This document shows, one piece after another, positions 25,101-37,100 of a stretch of 64,000 nucleotides of DNA; the stretch's first letter is position 1; each line of letters begins with the position of its first letter. The notes beneath the pieces were generated by a model. It saw nothing but the letters and a program-made list of their open reading frames with translations, did no database searches and was not told where the DNA came from. Location of the stretch: the NCBI GenBank assembly GCA_965112155.1, contig OZ218100.1; one strand, written 5' to 3'. Source of the DNA: Podarcis liolepis. Taxonomy: Eukaryota. The translations under genes and the position numbers were made by a program.

Positions 25101-28100
25101 AAGCTGTGATATATTTCTAACATGCCTTCATGAGAACACTTACATATTCATCTATGGGATCTCCAACCGTGGGAGAATATATGATTCTGTATTGCTGCAC
25201 AGGTCCATCAGCATGTTCCCATTGGACGGAAAGGCTGTTTGTAGTAGGATTAAAGACTCTTATGTTCCTGGGCCCACTGCGAGGCACTAAAAGAAAAAGA
25301 AGAGATAAATAAGCGCACAAAATGAAGTGGAATTTGGAGAACTGAAGTCTAGAAAGTAACCCTTTTTCACTGTATGAAGCCGTGCAATAGCTTATCTGCA
25401 AGTAAGACCTAATGCAGAAAAGTGACAACTGAACAATACCGGCAGAGCTTGGAGCGAATAATAATTCATAACATACAACTATATCTTAGCAATAAAATGT
25501 GTTTTCTGCTTACATGTCCTTCCCTGTCCAGGACTTGGATCTCCTTCTCCATCAGCATACAAAGCAACAACATTGACAGAATAGGGCATATCAGGAATCA
25601 GACGCTCTAGTAAAATATTGCGGGTGTTGCTTGGTACCACAACCTAAAAAGAAAGCAACACTGGAGTTTAAACTGCTGTTTTCTTTTAAATTTAAAAAAT
25701 CTGAGCTTGATAGTTTGAGAAGAAAGCTTCTTGAGCTCTTCACAAACAATCTTGCTCTTAGACAACTTTCCTTACACTTGAATGCTTTTTTTGATGTTGC
25801 TGTAATTTTTGAATGAACTAGAAGGGATATTTTTTTTAATGAAATCCGTCCCTTAATTTCTCAGACTAAATTAACCAGGGCCAGATTTGAAGTAGCGCCC
25901 TGGCAAAGTGCCCTCTGGCTGTCCTCTTCACAAACCAGTGCCCACCCACCAGTGGAAATAATTTGCTGCCTGTTGACAGCAGCAACAAGCAGAGCTGTAA
26001 TCTGCTTGCCACTTAATTTTCCACAGTACCACAGGCCACCACTATGTTGGGGACTTTGTGGCAGGTGCCAGTCTACACAGTAAGCTGTTTTTACACACTA
26101 TGGTTCTTGTATGGAGCTACCATCATGCAGAAGCATTTCTCGCCATCCTTTATGAGGCAGCTTTAATGTATGAAGTTGCCCATTCATAAATCATAGAATC
26201 ATAGAGTTGACGAGTTGGAAGTGACAATGAAAATCATCTAGTCCAACCCCCTATAATGCAAGAATCTTTTTCCCAACATGGGGCTTTAACCACAACCCTG
26301 ATATTAAGAGTCTCCATGGACTGAGCTATCCCAGCTGTCATCTATCCCTAACCTGATGACCTCCAGATGTTTTGGACTCCAACTCCCTTCAGCTCCAGAA
26401 ACAACTGGAAGGCACCAGGTTGGCAAAAAGCAATACAACAGGGTATCTGCTGAATACTGAGAATCTGTAGCATTTTAAGAGGGAAAATGTATTCTTTAAT
26501 CATAAATTCATATAAGAGAAAGTTACCCCCAATCATGCAGCAAGTTCAGTTAATGTTATAGTTTGGGGTGCAGCCAAGCAGTCATCTGAGAGAGTTATTA
26601 GGTGGCGAAATTGGTCTGCTTCCCAAAATAAGCTGACTAACTTTCCTCCCAGATTTCAACAAAGTTTGAAAATGAAACTGGCAGTTAGAAATTTAATGTT
26701 TTATAACAAATGATCCTGACCTTGCATTTAACATTTACCTTCTCTGATTTTGGTCTACCGATGTTTACAGTTAAATTAAAATATGTGCAGCAAATATAGA
26801 ATGACATTCAGAGAAGTAGGATGGAATAGGACACTTTATATAGATATTTATGTTTTCACCAGAAATAAATCACCGCAGTATGCCTTTATACCCAATAATT
26901 CATATATGGAAAGGCCCAGGAGGTTAAATTACTTACAGATTCTGATGGCCGTGTGCCAAGCAATGGAGCATAGACAACTCTGTATTGCTGCACTGGTCCT
27001 GGTGCAGGTTCCCATTGGACATTAAGGCTGTTTGGTGTTGGGTTGTAAACTTGGATGCCTCTTGCTGTTCCTCTCATTACTGAATCAAAAATAATGTCAG
27101 ATAGTTTTGGACTAAATAATAACTCCTTAGTTGCAGAGCCAGATAGCCGGAGAGAGTGGTTATAAAATGAATGGACTATTCTAAGAATGCTGTTGCCAAG
27201 GGGTGGGGAATCAGTGGACTTCAGATGTTGTTGGGATTCCAACTACTATCAGCTCAAACTAGCATGGCCAATGTTCAGGGATGATGGAATCTTGAGTCCA
27301 GCAACATCTGGAGGGCTAGAAGTTCTCCAACCCTGTATTTTCTCTTTAACACCACAGTTAATTGGAAATAAGTTCCATCAAATAAAATTGCATTTACTTC
27401 CAAGTAAACATGGATAGGGTTGGGATGTAAAATAGTTTAATCCTATAGATATTTAACCTGGCAGTACTTCCCACTGAACTACACAGAGACAAATAAGAGT
27501 GCATTGAAAGCTCAAAACACGGTGGCAGAGACCTTATCGCTCAGAGGCATCTATATTCATGTTCTTATCCTACTCTGCATTAGGGAATTGGAAAATACCC
27601 TTTCACACATCCCTGTCCATAGAGGGAAGTGTGTGCAAAAGGGTCTCAAAGGGTTTTATCTTAACTATCTGTACAATAGTATAATATGGTGCGGTTAACT
27701 AAGTTAACTAAAATAAGTGGGTTTAAGTAGCTCAGCACTGAATTGTGGCTCAAAGTCCAATGCCTCAATATTTTATGAAGAAAAAACAACGTAGTGTTAC
27801 TTACAAGTTTTCCCATTGTCAGATGCTCGCCCTCCATCACCTTCTGGGTAAACAGGAATCACAGTTACTTTGTACTGTGTGTCAGGCTGGAGATTTCTTA
27901 GAACTGCATAATTTGTGTTGCCTGGAACAGTTGCCTGTTGGGTTACAAAAGGAAAAAAGGAAGAGGGAATGGTTTTATTGGGATATTTTCCACCATATAA
28001 GGACTGAACTTCATGTTCAAAGGACAACAAGATGAGCCAGCTTAGCCCAGCAGTTCCATCAACCAACTCATAGCTTGGATCGTGCAAATCAGCGGTTCCA

Positions 28101-31100
28101 CCGACCAACAAATTGCTTGGATCCTGCAATCGACAACAGTGGTTTGAAACCCGCGGGTGCTGCCTAGTGGTGGCGGTTGTTGTTGCTGCTGCTGCTGCTG
28201 TTGTTTAAGGACAACAAGACACCTTCCTAGAATTATGAAAGTTCAGCATGCAACAGCAGCAACTCGCCAGGTGAGGCGGAATCGCTACCTGGCAGGTGGG
28301 TCACTGTTGCTTATTGGAAGGGAGAGGGGCATGGTATTGGGGAGTCTGGTGTGGTGCAAATGCTCCAGCAGAGCAAATCTAACCTTTCCCATCTCCTTGC
28401 TGATAAGCAAAAGAAATTTACCCACCAGGAGGCTAGAGTAGTAGCTCTGCCCACTCCAGCAAGCTGTTTCCTGCATGCAGGGAAAGGGTTGCTGCATGTT
28501 CTAATCTGCCCAGCCAGATGTCAACAGTAAGGATTGTGCCCTAGCTTTCTCCCTGGTTTGCCATTGCTCTATGCTCATAGAGTAGGAGTCAAACATATGA
28601 GCTCCTCAACTGTACACTTAAGTAATACAGTCCCAAGAGGGTTGTACCATACACAATTTTCTGAATGGAAAACTCAGCTCTAAGTTGTGCCCCTGCCTAA
28701 TTCTGAAACCACCTCTAGCAAAAACAGTTGCAAGTACAGGGCAAGTATGAAGTATACAAAAGTAAAAAAGGAATACCAGTTCATCTGCACCTCCCGCCAC
28801 TGGTGCATAAAGCAACTTGTACTGACGAGGGTTCCCTTCAGCATGATCCCATCGAACATTCAGTGTGCTGGTAGTTGGATCATAGACTCTGAGGTTCTTC
28901 ACAGTGTTGAGAGGTTCTGAGATAAACAGAATGAATTTTCAGACTCAGAGGATCTTACTATTGTGCATCATGTTGCATCATGTGAGTGGCTGTGCCTAGC
29001 CTTGGTCAGTGACAAGTAACACTTTGTCCAAAAACACTTGCAAGATGAATCTAGTCTGCCATACTTGAGCACAAAGGGAGTTTAAAAATAGGAGATGCAG
29101 TTCCTTGCTGCTGCTTTGACTCACAAGGAGGCTTAGGAAGGAAAGAACAGCTATTCATCCTTCCAACCCAACAGTTAGCCTGGCATGCTGCTCATGGCAT
29201 GACTGAGTTGCCACTTGTCTTGTGTCTTCACTCTCAAGGGATGGGGCAAATGTGAATTGTAGAGTTGGAAGGAACCCTGAGGATCATCTACTCTAACTGT
29301 CCCATATGGGAATCGGACCTGTGACCTTGGCGTTATCAGCACCACGCTCTAACCAACTGAGCTATCCAGTTATAAAATACTGATGTAACTCCATAATGAA
29401 GATATAGGGATAGAGAGGGAAGGATTTGCCAGTTTCAGTTCTCTGTTTCTCACTTTCCCCAACTTAAATTCCACATTTTGCAGAAATTTGTATTCATTTG
29501 TTTGTTAAAAAAAAACACCCTCATGAAATTCATCAATGTTTTAGTTAAAAATTCTCTTAATAAATAATTTTCATATGCATTTTGATTAATGTACACATTT
29601 TTGCAAACAATTATCCCTACTGATTTTTGTAAGTTTTTTCCACTAATGCATTTATTTTTATTCACACTTTCCACAATATATGCATTTTGGTAAAACAAAA
29701 ACATTGGTCAGAGAACTGCAACGCAAAACTTGGATATATGTGAATTTCAAAGGAAAGCTGTTCTCATATTGTTTGGGAAAGGGCCAGTTTGATAGTTTAG
29801 CCTTTAAATGACAACTGATTTGAATTTCTCCCCCATCCATAGATGGGGGATTTATTTTCAGGTCCAAGTGCCACTTTCCCTTGTGGGGAACTTTCCAGTA
29901 ACAGGCAGGGCTAGAGGCAAAAGTGCAGAAGCAGTGGATTTGTGTCTAGTGAGCTACATTCCAGCCATGCAAAAATCAGAGGCTTCACTACACTAGACAC
30001 ACAAATCTCTATCCCTCCGTTCAGGCAAACGAGAGGCAAGAACATTTAAGGAAAGCATATAGCAGAGCCAGTAAGGTACATGGCTTGGGGAATGGCCTAG
30101 GGAGAGCCTCAAGGGCTAGATAGAATGCCTGGGGGCCACATTTGTCCCCAAGGCCTGTGGTCATAGTGAAAAGACAGGATTAAAATATGACTAATAAATA
30201 TTCTTCCCCACTCTCAACAATACAGTGTCCCTTATGACACATAACCCTTGAACTATTCCTACCATGTTGCCTTCCACTCTTTCGACTAGTGTACTTATCT
30301 ACTTGTCTCCCACTGTTAAGAAAAAAAAAGTTATTTCTATTCTAGATAACTACAAAGTATAATTTGTCTTAATAAAATTCATCTCTCTTGTTCTAGCCAA
30401 CCATGTCAACCATGTCAGAACATTCAGAATGTTCCTCTTTTGCATAAAACTGAAGTTTGAAAATTTCAAAAGATAATTGTGGCAAATTAATTAAGAGCAC
30501 GGTTTTTGGAGAACATGTACACCAGTGTTTCCCAAACGTTTTTGGGCAACGGCACACCTGTTTACCGGAAAAAATCTCGCGGCACACCACCATTAAAGCC
30601 CCGCCCCGTGACGTCAGCGCGCAGCGTCACGCCGGGAGGGACGCACAAAAGTGAAAGTTTTTTCCCTTCCCCTTGCCGGGGTGGGAGGAGGCAGCAGAGC
30701 GAGGGCGCGTTGCGGGCTCTGCGTGGCTTCAGGCGGAGCCTAGGAGCCACTTCCCAGCCTGGAGGGCAGGCTGTGCGCGGACCCCGCCACTCTCGGGGCG
30801 CGACCCAGACCCGGCTGCCTTCCACGGCCAGCAGAGGTAGGCCGCCGGCTTCTAACCCGGCGGAACTGGGGCGTCCCGGGCGCAGCACCGCGCTCCCCGC
30901 TCCTCCCGCCCCGCCCCCTTCTCCCGGGTGCCCCCTCCCTCCTTTGTTCTCCGGAGCCCCGCCTCCCCCTCTGCCCCAGCTCGCCTATTGGCTCACGCAG
31001 CCGCCACTCAGGTGGGGGCCCGCTTTGGCCCCGCTCCCCGGCCGCCGAGAGAGAGTGGGAGCGTGCGGGGCTGGGCTGGGCGGCCGGGCGTCTCCTTCCC

Positions 31101-34100
31101 TGCGCTGCTTCGGCCGCGTCTGCAGCCGCCGCGGGACCAGGCGGGAGGCCAGTCATGCCCAGACACTGCCAGCCGCTCGGAAGGAGCCGTCGCTCCGCCG
31201 GGCAGCGCCTGCCTGCGCGCCCCTCGCTCCCTGCGCCGAGGATGGCGGGGGCGCCGGGCGCAAGGCAGCGCCGGGGCTGCTGGGCAAGCGGCAGGTGCTG
31301 ATGCAGTTTTGGGAATTCCTGTCACAGGGAGCAAGGCAGAAGCGGATGACGGGGCACGTTCCCCGGGGGAGCGGGGCCGGAGGATTAGCCCGACTCGCCC
31401 GCCTCCCTCCCACGGCACACTAGGCAACGTCCGGTGGCACACTAGTGTGCCGCGGAACACCGGTTGGGAAACACTGATGTACACATACTGGCTGCAGTTT
31501 TTTTTAAAAAATCCGGGGTTTATTATCCTTGAGTGAAATCCATTGGGTAGTAATGATAAGGATCCAAAAGAATGTTGACACCAAGGGGCTTTCCAGAATG
31601 TGGAATAAAAGGAGCACATGTCTTTGAAAGAACTAAATTTAAATAGAGGGGAAAGAAGAAAATGTGACATATTCATATAAAAGGGCCAGGCACTACAGCG
31701 GTGGGAGCAGGTAGCCTTGCTGGTAGATATTTGTTGTTTCTTTTTGTTGGATTTAACAGGCTCCATGTGTGCTCCCAGTTTGAGTGATATAGCTGACAGA
31801 CATTCATCCTTAAGCTTAATGTTGTATTACTTACTTAAACAAAAATAACAGAGTATTGGGATGTGAACTCTGCCACCTATTACCAGTGACAACAAGGTCA
31901 CTGACTAACAGGTTTCCCTGAAAATTGTGTAAATGCATTCAGCAGTCCAAACCTGGAAAAATAAGTCTGGAAGGTTGCACCACAGATGAGTAAGAATTGT
32001 GTGATGATTGTGCAATAAAAAAAAATTATCCAGAAAGTCTCCCTCTCACTCTCTTTTATACACAAACAAAAAGAAAAGCTGCCAAACCTCCAAGATAAAG
32101 ATTACAGATATTTTCAATATGAAATTATATATAATTATCAATATAAAATCAGACGTGAAAAAAGAAGAAGGTATTTTCACTTTCAGAGCAAGTTTTGGTA
32201 TTTCTCAAAAAGGGGGGGGGGGAGTTGCACACAAAGAAATGAATATCTGTGGGGACTTCAACAAAGGAAAAGCCAAGCCTGCCAACTTTATAAGTGATTT
32301 AGCATTACTCTTGCATAATTCTTCACAAATGAGAAAACCAAAGTTGTTTTACTTACTGGTTTTGCCACTGCCTGTCATTCGTCCCCCTTCACCTTCTGCA
32401 TATATGGATGAAACCGTAACACTATAACGTGTCTCAGGTTGCAGCTTCTGTAGTACAACACTGTTCTGCCTCCCTCCTACTGTGGTCTAAAAAACAATGG
32501 AATGAAATGTAAATTGAAGGAGCAGGCAGCTAAATTCCAAAGATGCTGAAAGGATACAGTTTGTATATACTACAAGTATACAAGTTTCTGTTTTCCAGAC
32601 AATACTGTCTGCCTATGTCAATATACATTGTTTGACTTTTTCCTTCAGTGGATTAAAGAAAAAATACCAGAACTGCATTAGTCATTTGTTAAACCCATGT
32701 GAATAAAATATTAAATGTTGAATGATCTGAGCTCTTTATGGATCATCTTTCTTATTTCTACATATTAGTTAGTGAGTACAGATCTCCAGGTCCTCAATCT
32801 ACAGCTAAAGGGCATATAAGGCCAATTCTGCTACCCAAAGAAAATTAAGCTTTATGTTTATTGGAACAGCAAAACATGATGATTCCCACATTGTCTCATG
32901 ATCTAAATGCTTTGCCTATGGGCTCCAAAGAAATATCTTTGGCTTCTGTTGTGGCCAGTTGGACAGATATTGTCAGCATTTACAAAGACCAGACGCAACA
33001 AAGTTCCTACATAAAAAGCATTTCCATAAAGAGAAAAGCATGTACAAGTAATAAATGAACAAGTAATATAAACACACTAGGAAGATGTGAATACATACAG
33101 CAAAATAAGAATACAAGAGTCCTGTTGGAGCAGAACAAATGCCTCTCTAGTCAGCATTCTGCTCCCACAGTGACCAACCATATTGCATACAACTGTGACA
33201 CATGACAATTTAAAATAATCTGCATGCTTTTTCACCACGGTATGTCAGAAATCTGCAGTGTTTGAAAGAGCCTTTGGACAGAAGACCCCAGTAAAAAGCA
33301 ATCCCTGGCAACTGTTTGTTCTGCAGGCTCTGAGAAACTGATATTTGCCAGATTACATCTGAAAGACCACCATGAGTCATTTTGTGGGTTCTACTTATAC
33401 AGGAAACAAATCCACTTTCTTTGATTTTGTAATATAAATACTTTTCTGCAGAACTGTAGAACATGAAAACAAAACAATCTGACAAGCTCATGTTTTCAAA
33501 AGCAGATATTTGTTCAGGAGCACAATGCTGCTTTCCCCCATTAGAGAATAGTTTCAGAGTTGGTTACCGATTGTTCAGCACCATCACCAGTTGTAGGTCG
33601 ATAGGTGATCCTGTACCGCTGCACTCGTCCAATGGCAGGATCCCATTTGACAGTCAGGCTATTGGACGTTGCATTGTATACCTGAAGGTTTCTTGGGGGA
33701 CCCGTTGGAGCTGAAATGAATTTATTAAAGGGTTGTTTAGCAAAGAGATATAATAAACAACATATAATGAGTCATTCTCCATGACATTACTGAAAATCAG
33801 CAGCAGCAGCACCACCTTGGAATAACAATACACATATAGGGGCCTGCTGAGAACAACAAAATCCACCCAACTGCAGAATTTGGGCAAGATTATATCAGAA
33901 TGACTTATATAAGAAGGGGCAAAGGAGAACTGAATGGAAATGTTGCGTGGAGCTAAACATGATTAATGGGGAGTAGAACATCACCAAATATACAAAAGTT
34001 GCTATTAATTCACCAAATTGTCACTTTTTTTAAAGCCACCCTATCTTTTGTATGGATGGAAAGTACTTCAGTGGACATAGGGTAATGGCAGCAACTTTTT

Positions 34101-37100
34101 TCTTCTGTCTGCATCACCTCAAACGACACACCCTCTGAAAAGCCTGCTGAAATTCAGGCAAACCTCCAGAGCAACACCCCACAACGCATGAGAGAAACTC
34201 AAGAAGGGACAAAGCCTGTGTACACACAGGAGTACTTTCAGCAGCAGAGATTAAGGCAGTGGTATCTTCCCAGTAGTGATGGTGAACTCGGGGCAGGGGT
34301 GAGGGGAACAAAGTGGCAGTGATGAATTGAGGGAACTCTAGGATGGCAGAAGCTCTATAGGTGTATGCACTGCCACCAACCCAGAGGTCACTTGACCTCA
34401 TCTCCACCTCACCCTGACTAGCTAAGTGCTGCCACTGCCAGAATGACACCATTGCCTCTGCCTCTCTCCCCTTTTATGAGTCACCACTAAGTATGCTGTA
34501 TAGAAACATTGGCTTCTCTGCATCCTGGCTTGGTTTGGACTAGCTCTGTCTTTTGGTATCTGTATAATCCTCATATATAAAATGTTATTAATGAATTCAG
34601 GCTCTTACCTGCTGTTGTCAGAGGCACCTCGGGCACTATAGGAGGGGGAGAAACACAAACAGAGCAAGTTTGCATTAAAAACATGTCTTTCATTTGAATA
34701 CTATTGTTACAAATTGTAATCCATGTATGAATGCATTTCAGAATTTCTTACATGTGGTCTCGCTGCCAATCAGTTCATCACTCTCTGATTCATCGGGATA
34801 AATTGCAGTAACTCCAATCTCATAGAGTGTGTCTGGGTTCAAATTTTCAAAAACTAGAGTATTTTCATCACCATTAAGAATTGTCTTTGGAAGTGACAGG
34901 GGATGGGGGGAAAGAAAGAAAGTTACTCATTGAGGCAATATATTTAACAATTAACATTTTTCATTGACTAGAACAGATCTTTAAATACAGAAATCCACCT
35001 ACAGTTCTTTAAATACAGAAATCCATCTACAGACAATTGATCAACAGTGATTTATACACTGTGCGCTACTGGAAGAGGTTGTTATGGCCTTGAAAAATTA
35101 AGCCAACATGTTGGATAAATCTACAACCCTATGTCTTTCAGAGCAAGGAGACCATCATCCTATGAAGTATTAGTCTCCCCCACCTCTGCCAATGGCCACT
35201 TTATGACAGAAAGCTTTTCATAAACTACACTGAGGGAAATTAGGATGTGTATGAACATACCCCAGCTTCTGCTTCCAGTTTATTCATAAAGAAACCACAA
35301 GCTCTGATTCACACATAACACTAGGCCAGCCGCTCTGTCATTTGTTTCCCCATTATCGAAAGACAGTGAGTAATTTGGGGAGTGTTTGAGCTGCATGCAC
35401 CAGCACACAGCTTGTCCAGAGGCTAATTATCCAACCATGATTTTATGGTCAGCTTTATGTGATAATGAACCATTTTATATGGGCAGTGACAACTGTGGGA
35501 TAAACTAGCTTCATATAGCCAACATGCTTAACTCTAAGTAATGCATGAAGGATTAAGAAGAGTAAGCTGTTCTGCCAGGCTTAGCTAAGTCACACCTCTT
35601 CACCCTTGAAGGAAAGGTTACCAAACTCTTTGTTCTTTTCTTCTTCCACCACGTGAACTCTACTAAGGATGTTGAAGTTAGATGCTCCAAGCTTAGACCA
35701 CATGGCTTTAGCAAGCCATCTTTGTGTTTCTATACAAATAATTTATAAACATTTTACTACTTTTTGAAACTAAGTTGTATTGCCTGTCTTTTCTTGCTAT
35801 TGCATGAAAAAGCGCATGAATCTGACCTTTGAAGAGTTCTTAAGTAAACCATTTTGACTTACCAAACATGTGGTCTCTTTCTATAGTAAAGGAAGTGGGT
35901 AATTTTGGAAGCCATTTAGAAGGGGATATTTTAAAGATCTAACAGCCTATACTTCCATGCTTTACTTTGCTGCGTGTTCTGCGATTTTAAATCTCTGCTG
36001 GGGATCATTCACTTTACCTCCCTCCAAGTGAGTTCCTTGGAGAGCGTGAGGGAAGAGGTAAGATCAGCACACAGCAGCAACTCAGGCAGAGGGTGGTTAA
36101 GTGAGCAGTGCAACCCAACCATAAAAAAGGAAAAGGGACCCCTGACCGTTAGGTCCAGTCACAGACGACTCTGGGGTTGCGACGCTCATCTCGCTTTATT
36201 GGCCAAGGGAGCCAGCGTACAGCTTCCGGGTCATGTGGCCAGCATGACTAAGCAGCTTCTGGCGAACCAGAGCAGCACACGGAAACGCTGTTTACCTTCC
36301 CGCCGGAGCGGTACCTATTTATCTACCTGCACTTTGACATGCTTTCAAACTGCTAGGTTGGTAGGAGCAGGGACCGAGCAACGGGAGCGCACCCCGTCAC
36401 GGGGATTCAAACCACCAACCTTCTGATCAGCAAGCCCTATGCTCTGTGGTTTATACCACAGTGCCACCACACTATGGGGTGCCAGGAGGCAATATTAACT
36501 GAGCTAATCTATAGTTCCAAGGGGGAGAACACATACAGTCACTTTTGTATTCAAAAGGATTCAATGTGTCTCCAGACTTAATGAAGAAACTGGTTCCCTA
36601 GGTATCAAAAGTTTAGAAAACACAGTGGCCAGTTTAACATTTCCAGCAAACAGCAGTAAACACACAAAAAGGGTTTAAAGTGATTGATTTGGGGGTTATT
36701 GAAAAATTCTTACCTGTAGCTTCTCTTCACCAGGTGGTCCCCATTCTACTCTGTAGAGAGCTACATCAGGTGCTCCATGGTCCCAAGTACCTCTGAAACT
36801 TGTCTTGGTTACTTGATCGGTTCTTAGATTTTGTGGTGCCGGTACTGGTACTGTCAGGAAGGAAAAAGGAAGTGAGAAATTGTATCACAAGAGGAAAAAC
36901 CCTATAAACTAAACATTTCTAGAAATGCAAGGTTATGTGCAGAGACTAATCCACCACATAAGACGTTTGGAGTTTGGACACAAACCACATGGGGAATGTA
37001 CAGAACAGTTTACATGCCATATACTCATAGGGTGAAATCCTTAATTTCTCTAGAACAGCACAGATTATTTTACTACAGTAGGATTGTCAGGCTCAGTCTT

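Noticed and set aside
27797-28129. ORF with a 14-aa repeat upstream of an FN3 half-exon (possible alternative N-terminus)
   Set aside because: The repeat comes from the TSD-flanked insertion. The real exon starts at the cag acceptor at 27934.
30506-31766. Long overlapping ORFs (305, 252, 202 and 138 aa) in the ORF track
   Set aside because: They are low-complexity P/A/R/G-rich translations caused by stop-codon scarcity in the GC-rich hAT cargo. They cross the TSD boundaries and contain no transposase or other domain motifs.
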